Assembly: GCF_000400465.1 (NCBI RefSeq)
Contig: NW_008806278.1
Location: 502,592-534,591, forward strand
DNA from: Wallemia ichthyophaga EXF-994
Lineage: Eukaryota; Fungi; Basidiomycota
Direction: 5' to 3'
Length of the DNA stretch: 32,000 bases
Part shown: positions 23,273-32,000 of the stretch, piece by piece
Numbering within the stretch: position 1 is the first letter of the stretch
Layout: each line of letters opens with the position of its first letter
Translations under genes and position numbers: made by a program
The notes under the pieces: model-generated
Told to the model about the DNA's origin: nothing
Database searches by the model: none
The model's input: the letters and a program-made list of their open reading frames with translations, nothing else

Positions 23273-24837
23273 TTACTGCCTCTTTATTGCATATGTGTAA
23301 TGTAGCTCTTCAACAATTCTATATTTTGTTAGCGTCGTCTCTTTAGCAGCTCTTGCTATTATGTTATTGATATCAGGTTCATAGTAACCTCGTTTAAGGA
23401 AAATGGGTATAAATGATCTAAACAGGTTGAGTAGATCGTCTGCAAACAGATGCGCAACATGTCTATTAGGGAGCTTTGAGGTGTTTGTTAGCACTGTTAC
23501 TCCTGAAGAATCTCTCCACCCACATCAACCCCCGAGTACGCCGGCCATGCTCCAATACGAGCATGGAATACCTTGCTCTTTACTTCATCAAACTCCCCGG
23601 ATGCTCTGACATAAGTCTCCAGCCTGTCACCGTCAAGCCCTGGGTCTAGACCTTTCTCAACAAACAATTGCTCTATCCAGGTAGCGAGAGTGCGGCAACA
23701 AGGTCCAGCGGTCGTGGAGCGCGAAACAGTAGTCCACTTGGGTTCCATTAGTAGGAGCATTCCACCTGGCCTGAGAAGTGGGAGTGTGTCTTTAAGGAGC
23801 GCCGGGTAATCTTGTATAGCTGCATATAAACATCTAATTTGGATTGCATCGAAACTCTCTGGTTGATATGCCAATGTGAGATCTTTAGTGATATCGACGC
23901 ATCTATAGAAGCTGGTGCAAGTGTGAGAGGGTGTGGCGACGAAGAAAAGGTGAAGCCTACCAGTTCCTTGGTACTTGTCGTCTTTAGGAAGTGTGAGTAA
24001 AAAACACCCCAACTAAATCAACTAACTCACCCTTTTATTGGCGTGATGCATTGGATGTCATTGCCGTGAGTGCTGTAGGGTAATTTAGAGCAGTTCAAAT
24101 GAAAACAGCCTACCCACTCTGCTCCTGGGAACTGCTGAGCTAATTCCATTGCCCTGAAAGAGGATTATCAGTGTTGCTCTCTCTAAACCACACAAAACAC
24201 ACCAAATACCAGTCCCAGCACCCCAATCGCCGATGACACCCTTTTTTCCTGCTCGTGTAGTTCTTGAGACAACCTCACTAAGCGGACCCCACCAAAGGCC
24301 ACCGATAATGAACTGCGCGAGGGCGTGACAGTTAGGAGGTTATGCGTTTGCGAGCCTAGGCAACCCACTTTAAACAGCTCATGCTCTCTATTCAGCCGCA
24401 AGTTCTCAGATTCACCTTGCGGGATCTGAGAAGCATTTAGAGTGTATCGTCGAGTACGCCCTCAAAACCCACAACATAAACTTTATCGTCGTATTTAATA
24501 TTTGCGAGGTCTATAGGATGCCTCCCGTTGAGCTTTTCGATCTCTAATAAGCCAAATGAGCCAGAATCCACGCTATTATATCCCACCCACCGTTATCGTT
24601 GTTGAGAGTCGTCTGACGGTAGCCAGCATCAATCGGTCTAAGCTGGTACTCGGGGTTGTACGGGAAAGACTGTTGTGCGGCCGTGGTAAGCGGTTCAGTT
24701 GCTGCCTTGTACTCGTTGTAGTAATACAGGCTCGGACTCTGTTGGACTTGCTTTGTGGAGGCTGATTGTATCTGGGCGAGTAGCGCACTGGCGTTGTTGA
24801 TGTATTCCTTCTTGGTCTGCTCAGTTTGCTCTTCCAT
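23273..24837 (-). CDS. Class I SAM-dependent methyltransferase, LaeA/TAM-like, about 390 aa, 8 introns (copy 1)
   Basis: Manual splicing of eight 45-56 nt introns gives 1173 nt (391 codons): LNGRH...YVIPQGESENLRLNREHELFK...GLWWGPL...GDWGAGTGIWAMELAQQFPGA...VPRNCFYRCVDI...LRPGGMLLLME...WP...YTYAIKRQ. This is the typical layout of fungal LaeA-like methyltransferases. Confidence 0.85.
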
Positions 24838-25108
24838 CACTCGCTGAGCCTATTTCAACGTGGTGGTTCAAGAAGGAGTGATCCAAGAGAGGGGCGCCTG
24901 TTCATGTGCCTTCTATTTCATCCACACGATGCACGGGATTTTCACAAGGCTCACGCGGGGGGTGCACACCTCAACGCACATCTTTTCACATTTCGGACAG
25001 GCACATAAGATAAGGCACAATGCTGTTTTTGGGTGTGTCTGTGTGTTTGCCTGTGCTTTCTGCTTTTGTCTATGTAATCTTTCATGTATGCATTATACTA
25101 CTGCCACT

Positions 25109-25952
25109 TCACGCGCCATCCGCCTGCTTCCTCTGTTTAACTCTCTGCGCCTTCTGTCTACTTTCTTCCAACTCTCTCCTGACCATCAAGCCCTCTGCTC
25201 CAGCTTCAGCGAGGAGATTGATAATAAGTTCACCCGCTCTCTCGCTGTCGTCGTTGGCGGGTATGGCATACGTGACACCCCTTGGATCACCGTCACTGTC
25301 CATCAATCCAACAGTCGGTACTCGAGTAAGAGCACACTCCCTCAGTGCGTGTGGATATGTCTGTGGATTACTGAACACAACCAAATCAGGAAGTGGTGGT
25401 GGTTGCTCTGGTTTTCCTCCTGGCAACAATCTGTAGCGATTAGTGAGCGTACCAGGCAGCCAGTTGTTCGGTACGCAGAACCCGTTACCCTCCAATTTCT
25501 CAGCTGCTCTCTCAGTTGCTCTCTTCACGATCGTAGTCCTCGTCTTGCCTCCAACGAAAAGAACGATGCCGTCACGCTCAACAACGCCTCTGACGACTGC
25601 TGCTGCTCTCCTAATGGCAACGAGTGTCTGCTCCAAGTCAATTATAGATTGTCCATGCCTTGTGCCGTAGATGTAAGGTCTCATTGAAGGATTCCACTCG
25701 CTGTGATTGTGTCCAAGGTGAGCACCTGCTGCTGTTAATGCACCAACTAAGCTGTCAATTGGCTGCTGTGACGTAGGCAGCCTCGTCTTCCATGGCTTGT
25801 AGGCGTTAGATGAGTTTTGCGTGGATCCCAAATGCTCGAGTGATTCGACTTTAAAATGGCTTGTTTAGATGATGATTGGAGTGAATTAAGCTATCTCACC
25901 ATTCTCTTTCTGGATTAACCGCTGCTTCAAGCTAAGCTCGTTGCTGTCGTGC
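25109..25952 (-). pseudogene. MRP4: 5'-truncated copy of mitochondrial ribosomal uS2 (MRP4); lacks promoter, exon 1 and the first 32 codons
   Basis: Matches the intact copy up to the duplication junction, which falls inside exon 2 (codon E32). Confidence 0.85.
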
Positions 25953-27680
25953 GAGCAAACCGAGTACTTGCCAGTCACCATTGTTTTCTTGAACTGCAAC
26001 ACCAAGGGAACGGAAACCTCTTGAAGCGAATTCCATAGTTTGGTCGCGGAAGGCCTGAGCTGTTTGTGGTGGACATGCGCACATCTTGAGGATTGAGTTT
26101 GGAGCACCCTTAGCGCAAGTGTAAGTAATACCGTCACGCTCGACAATTGAAGTAATACGCTTGGATACTGGGTCGAATGGTCTGAAATCCTTTGTTACCC
26201 AACCTGTCTTGAGCATTTCTGTTGCCTTTGGGTATTCCTTAAGAGTGGAAATGGTGATCTTGTCGATAGGGTCCAATGACTTAACGTTGTGAGATGAGGC
26301 GAGGGCAGCAACGCACATCATCCAATCCATGTCAACACCCTCGGCTGTGTATGGTTCGTGGATCGAGAGCTTGTTAGCGGTAAGAGTACCAGTCTTGTCT
26401 GAGCAGAGTATGTCACATCCAGCCAATGACTCGATTGAGGTGAGCTTCTGTACGATAGCTTGTCTCTTGGCGAGGTACGCGGCACCAACAGCGAGCGTAG
26501 TGGTGGTAACAACTGGTAAACCAACTGGAACACCAATAACAGCGAAGATAAGAGTGTAGACAAGCAAGTTGTTGTCTCTTGGTTGAGCAATCTCTACGTT
26601 CCGGAAGAAACAACCAATCCAGACGGCGAACAAGAAGACAATAACAAGAACGAGAAGAGTACCAGCGATAATGTTCATGACCTTGACAAAGTGACCCTTT
26701 TCGTTAGATCCGAGGACGAGTGCTGCTGTCTTACCAACGAAAGAGATTGGTGCAGTCATCTTGACGCGTGCAAACACCTTGCCACGCTTGCAGATGGTGG
26801 TATAGAAAGCGATGTCACCGTGGTACTTGTCGACAGCGAGAGATTCACCAGTGATAGCAGATTGGTCGGCGGCTAAGATGGATGGGCCTTTACCATAAGA
26901 GTCTTCTTCATCTTCCGTCTTTTCTTTCTTCGTCTCTGCCTTCACCTTTTCGAATACCTCTCTAGCTCTCGAGCCATCCTTGTCCTTGTAGTCTGCAAGC
27001 AACTCGCAGTCTGCTGGAATAGTAGAGCCTTCTTCGATGACGACAATATCGCCAGGAACCAACATTCTTGCTTCGACTTCTTGTTCTTGTCCATCGCGAA
27101 TGACGATAGTACGAAGAGCGATACCTTTTTTGAGCTGTGCTACAATGTCACCAGCTTGCTTTTCTTGGTAGAAACCAACGAAAGCGTTGAGAAGGAGAAT
27201 ACCAATGATGACACCGAAGTCGACCCATTCACGAAGACCACCGGCAAGGGCGACGGCACCTTCCATAACATAGAGGACAGGGCCTCTAAAGAAACCAATA
27301 AATTTGAGTACCAAGTTCTCTTCTGGAGACTCTAACTCGTTGAAACCGAACTGGCGACGACGTGGATCGACGTCACCTGAGCTGATACCATGTTTAATAT
27401 CAGCATGCATCCAATCATCTGGCACTGATTTGCCTTGCTGTCTAATTTCGATTTTCTTCCAAGGCGCATACCACGGCTAGTTTGTTGGTTAGTAAGTCAT
27501 GTCTCAGTTTGTAATACCACTCACCCTCTTATACTCGATGTTGTCGTCTTGCACATCTTGAGCGTCGTCTGCTTTTCTCAACTCAACGTTGTGGATATAA
27601 TCTACCAGCGCGTTGTATTCATGCTGCGGGCTATCCTCCTCTTCGTATCTTGGTTGTTTTTCCCCGTCTAGGAATGACAT
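25932..27680 (-). pseudogene. PMA1: 3'-truncated PMA1 duplicate: residues 1-560 plus ARQQRA-stop (566 aa), with intact upstream region and intron 1
   Basis: Matches PMA1 to ...WQVLGLL, then reads out of frame into MRP4 exon 2 (GCA CGA CAG CAA CGA GCT TAG). Confidence 0.9.
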
Positions 27681-30600
27681 AGCGAAAGAATTGTAGTTGG
27701 TGGGAGTTGATGGTCAAGCAGTCTTAGCCGCACTTGAAAGCTTCTGCCAAGTGATTTAGTGTGCTTTTGACTGGAATGTCATCCAAATTAGGAAAGTTGA
27801 TTACCTCACTAAATCAAATCACCTTTGGTCGTTTAAGTAAATATTCATTCTTCATTGACTAGTTTGTGTGATTTTATTGTGTTTTAAATCATGTGCTTTG
27901 CTTATCAGTACATCCTCGCGCGCAAATGCACGCCAAGTGGGGGCATTTGACAGTTCATCAGCACAGCGGAATTTTCCAAAGGAAGAAGTAGAGCTGTCAA
28001 ATGTATATCCTCGTCACGGTGATGAAATTCTAGTTGCGCGCTGTGCACGTGCACTTGTACGAATTTTCTTTAATGATTTGCCAAATAAAAATTTATTCCT
28101 CTTCTATACAAATGTCCCATTTACTGCCTCTTTATTGCATATGTGTAATGTAGCTCTTCAACAATTCTATATTTTGTTAGCGTCGTCTCTTTAGCAGCTC
28201 TTGCTATTATGTTATTGATATCAGGTTCATAGTAACCTCGTTTAAGGAAAATGGGTATAAATGATCTAAACAGGTTGAGTAGATCGTCTGCAAACAGATG
28301 CGCAACATGTCTATTAGGGAGCTTTGAGGTGTTTGTTAGCACTGTTACTCCTGAAGAATCTCTCCACCCACATCAACCCCCGAGTACGCCGGCCATGCTC
28401 CAATACGAGCATGGAATACCTTGCTCTTTACTTCATCAAACTCCCCGGATGCTCTGACATAAGTCTCCAGCCTGTCACCGTCAAGCCCTGGGTCTAGACC
28501 TTTCTCAACAAACAATTGCTCTATCCAGGTAGCGAGAGTGCGGCAACAAGGTCCAGCGGTCGTGGAGCGCGAAACAGTAGTCCACTTGGGTTCCATTAGT
28601 AGGAGCATTCCACCTGGCCTGAGAAGTGGGAGTGTGTCTTTAAGGAGCGCCGGGTAATCTTGTATAGCTGCATATAAACATCTAATTTGGATTGCATCGA
28701 AACTCTCTGGTTGATATGCCAATGTGAGATCTTTAGTGATATCGACGCATCTATAGAAGCTGGTGCAAGTGTGAGAGGGTGTGGCGACGAAGAAAAGGTG
28801 AAGCCTACCAGTTCCTTGGTACTTGTCGTCTTTAGGAAGTGTGAGTAAAAAACACCCCAACTAAATCAACTAACTCACCCTTTTATTGGCGTGATGCATT
28901 GGATGTCATTGCCGTGAGTGCTGTAGGGTAATTTAGAGCAGTTCAAATGAAAACAGCCTACCCACTCTGCTCCTGGGAACTGCTGAGCTAATTCCATTGC
29001 CCTGAAAGAGGATTATCAGTGTTGCTCTCTCTAAACCACACAAAACACACCAAATACCAGTCCCAGCACCCCAATCGCCGATGACACCCTTTTTTCCTGC
29101 TCGTGTAGTTCTTGAGACAACCTCACTAAGCGGACCCCACCAAAGGCCACCGATAATGAACTGCGCGAGGGCGTGACAGTTAGGAGGTTATGCGTTTGCG
29201 AGCCTAGGCAACCCACTTTAAACAGCTCATGCTCTCTATTCAGCCGCAAGTTCTCAGATTCACCTTGCGGGATCTGAGAAGCATTTAGAGTGTATCGTCG
29301 AGTACGCCCTCAAAACCCACAACATAAACTTTATCGTCGTATTTAATATTTGCGAGGTCTATAGGATGCCTCCCGTTGAGCTTTTCGATCTCTAATAAGC
29401 CAAATGAGCCAGAATCCACGCTATTATATCCCACCCACCGTTATCGTTGTTGAGAGTCGTCTGACGGTAGCCAGCATCAATCGGTCTAAGCTGGTACTCG
29501 GGGTTGTACGGGAAAGACTGTTGTGCGGCCGTGGTAAGCGGTTCAGTTGCTGCCTTGTACTCGTTGTAGTAATACAGGCTCGGACTCTGTTGGACTTGCT
29601 TTGTGGAGGCTGATTGTATCTGGGCGAGTAGCGCACTGGCGTTGTTGATGTATTCCTTCTTGGTCTGCTCAGTTTGCTCTTCCATCACTCGCTGAGCCTA
29701 TTTCAACGTGGTGGTTCAAGAAGGAGTGATCCAAGAGAGGGGCGCCTGTTCATGTGCCTTCTATTTCATCCACACGATGCACGGGATTTTCACAAGGCTC
29801 ACGCGGGGGGTGCACACCTCAACGCACATCTTTTCACATTTCGGACAGGCACATAAGATAAGGCACAATGCTGTTTTTGGGTGTGTCTGTGTGTTTGCCT
29901 GTGCTTTCTGCTTTTGTCTATGTAATCTTTCATGTATGCATTATACTACTGCCACTTCACGCGCCATCCGCCTGCTTCCTCTGTTTAACTCTCTGCGCCT
30001 TCTGTCTACTTTCTTCCAACTCTCTCCTGACCATCAAGCCCTCTGCTCCAGCTTCAGCGAGGAGATTGATAATAAGTTCACCCGCTCTCTCGCTGTCGTC
30101 GTTGGCGGGTATGGCATACGTGACACCCCTTGGATCACCGTCACTGTCCATCAATCCAACAGTCGGTACTCGAGTAAGAGCACACTCCCTCAGTGCGTGT
30201 GGATATGTCTGTGGATTACTGAACACAACCAAATCAGGAAGTGGTGGTGGTTGCTCTGGTTTTCCTCCTGGCAACAATCTGTAGCGATTAGTGAGCGTAC
30301 CAGGCAGCCAGTTGTTCGGTACGCAGAACCCGTTACCCTCCAATTTCTCAGCTGCTCTCTCAGTTGCTCTCTTCACGATCGTAGTCCTCGTCTTGCCTCC
30401 AACGAAAAGAACGATGCCGTCACGCTCAACAACGCCTCTGACGACTGCTGCTGCTCTCCTAATGGCAACGAGTGTCTGCTCCAAGTCAATTATAGATTGT
30501 CCATGCCTTGTGCCGTAGATGTAAGGTCTCATTGAAGGATTCCACTCGCTGTGATTGTGTCCAAGGTGAGCACCTGCTGCTGTTAATGCACCAACTAAGC

Positions 30601-30800
30601 TGTCAATTGGCTGCTGTGACGTAGGCAGCCTCGTCTTCCATGGCTTGTAGGCGTTAGATGAGTTTTGCGTGGATCCCAAATGCTCGAGTGATTCGACTTT
30701 AAAATGGCTTGTTTAGATGATGATTGGAGTGAATTAAGCTATCTCACCATTCTCTTTCTGGATTAACCGCTGCTTCAAGCTAAGCTCGTTGCTGTCGTGC
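25953..30800. repeat. Copy 2 of the 4,848-bp duplication
   Basis: Begins gagcaaaccgag (= 21105) and ends gctgtcgtgc (= 25952). Identity stops at 30801. Confidence 0.97.
28121..29685 (-). CDS. LaeA-like SAM-dependent methyltransferase (copy 2, intact)
   Basis: Duplicate of 23273-24837 at +4848. Confidence 0.85.
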
Positions 30801-30941
30801 TCGAGTGTGCCATCTCTTGCATATACCACTGATCTTCTCGCAGAAGATGTAAACGTACGAGCTGTGCTGTGTTAGCTGATTCTGCTGAAATGATGGCCAT
30901 CTCTCACCTGCGACGCTGCCTCCGCGAACAATTCCCTTCAT
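29957..30941 (-). CDS. MRP4: Mitochondrial small-subunit ribosomal protein uS2 (Mrp4), intact, about 295 aa. Introns 30907-30862, 30747-30697
   Basis: uS2 motifs AGAHLGH, WNPSMRPYIYG, IIDLEQT, WLPGTLTN, VPTVGLMDSD, YAIPANDDS. Spliced N-terminus MKGIVRGGSVAARTFTSSARRS resembles a mitochondrial presequence. Confidence 0.9.
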
Positions 30942-31676
30942 TGGTGTGGTGGTGGTGGTAGATGAAAAAGACAGCAATACATATTCTTACAATACAATAT
31001 AGAGCTTGAATTCCAGCTTATTCTGGAGATGGTCTTTGGCTACGGCCACCTCTATACTCCTCACTACATTCTACTGGGAGCAACCTGAACACATAAACCA
31101 GGCACATTCTACTAATATACTCTACATCTCCAATGACGCGCTTTCTTAATATTTCATTCGCTGACCTGATGACCGTCATATCTGTGAATTTCTATCCACC
31201 CCATCTTCCCGTTTAAAGTCCGGCTTATTTTCTAATTCTTTCAAAGTACTCTTAGTCTGGTTTGTACGCATACCTTCTAATCAGCGTTTTCAGCGATATC
31301 CTTCCTCTTTTCACTCCTGTTTTCGCTTATGTCTAAGATGCGGATAAGCCGAGTGAAGAGTTTAGCCAAGGCGTTATGGCCTACTTCGATATTATTAAAG
31401 CTATATTCTCTCTTGCATAAGCTTCCCACCTTCAACTTTCAAAATCACGTGTTTTATCACATCCGCGTTCACTCTACTAGTTGCAGCACGGCAGGATTGC
31501 AATTGCTTGTGATTTATGATGATCAGACTGCTTAATGCTAACAAAACATTCTCTTAAATTCCTCCCGCTTCCATCCGACCAATAAACCACCTAGAGACCT
31601 CCAAACATAAAAACATTTATTAGTGAAAAATAAGATATATTTCATTTCAGCTATCGTGGCTCCAAGCCGAGACAAA

Positions 31677-31777
31677 AGCTTTCGGCCGGGTTCGAACCGG
31701 CGGCCCTGTGCGATCCAAGTTTGTTTATTGAAATACAGTTTGTAAAGCACATGTCATAACCACTAGACCACGAAAGC
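31677..31777 (-). tRNA. tRNA-Val(TAC) with a 28-nt canonical intron (31740-31713)
   Basis: Acceptor stem GCTTTCG/CGAAAGC, D arm GTCTAGTGGTTATGAC, anticodon stem TGTGC/GCACA with loop TT-TAC-A, T arm GCCGG-TTCGAAC-CCGGC, followed by a T-run. Confidence 0.93.
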
Positions 31778-32000
31778 CTATCATATCTAGCTACTTTGAA
31801 AAATATTGGATTCGAATATTGATTGTAAATTACCAAAAATTTTAAAATATAGCTAAGATTTTCACGGTGGCTCAGCGTAATTGAGAGCCGCCAACAATTT
31901 ATAAATTACGGCGCTAGTCAAGAAACGCTTCCAGTAAATTCAGCACCCCCTTTGACTCCTCATGCTTTAAAAGTATTGATGGACGCAGTTTAACATTTAT

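Larger units (their letters stand above)
21105..25952. repeat. Copy 1 of a 4,848-bp head-to-tail segmental duplication
   Basis: All ORFs in this span recur at +4848 with identical translations. Spot checks, including homopolymer lengths, were identical. Confidence 0.97.

Noticed and set aside
24860-25687. 275-aa + strand ORF (and its copy at 29708-30535)
   Set aside because: It is antisense to the conserved uS2 gene, has no recognisable motif and is most likely a shadow ORF.
21105-30800. The duplication as LTRs or a transposon-mediated event
   Set aside because: There is no internal element, TG...CA termini, target-site duplication, terminal inverted repeats or transposase/RT coding; the unit is ordinary host genes.
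30780-30977. 65-aa ORF ending ARQQRA as a separate gene
   Set aside because: It is unspliced read-through of MRP4 exon 1 and intron 1; splicing gives the uS2 frame.
30801-31777. tRNA gene about 0.9 kb from the distal breakpoint as the cause of the duplication
   Set aside because: It is plausible in principle (fork pausing), but nothing in the sequence links the two and such proximity is likely by chance in a compact genome.
31329-31836. Short ORFs around the tRNA
   Set aside because: They are 61-70 aa, AT-rich, motif-free and two overlap the tRNA gene.

Overview
Eukaryotic fungal DNA, very gene-dense, with GT-AG introns of about 42-57 nt; the style is basidiomycete and Wallemia-like (my inference, not a database match). 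Gene order after manual splicing: MTR4 3' part (+), C2H2/fungal-type transcription factor (-), SET-domain protein (+), Rim4-like RRM protein (-), LSG1 (+), OST1 (-), NSP1 (+), orphan S/P-rich ORF (-), ADIP/Msd1-like coiled coil (+), ZIP transporter (-), DUS4 (+), PMA1 (-), an 8-intron LaeA-like methyltransferase fragmented in the ORF track (-), mitochondrial ribosomal uS2/MRP4 (-), and an intron-containing tRNA-Val(TAC). The main unusual structure is an apparently perfect head-to-tail 4,848-bp duplication (21105-25952 / 25953-30800). It doubles the methyltransferase and creates an out-of-frame PMA1::MRP4 junction. A second event is a 76-bp duplication that frameshifts the SET gene, while one substitution in it creates a new in-frame ATG. 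Both could be real or assembly artefacts, so read-level checks are needed. I found no mobile element, CRISPR array or clearly new multi-gene system.
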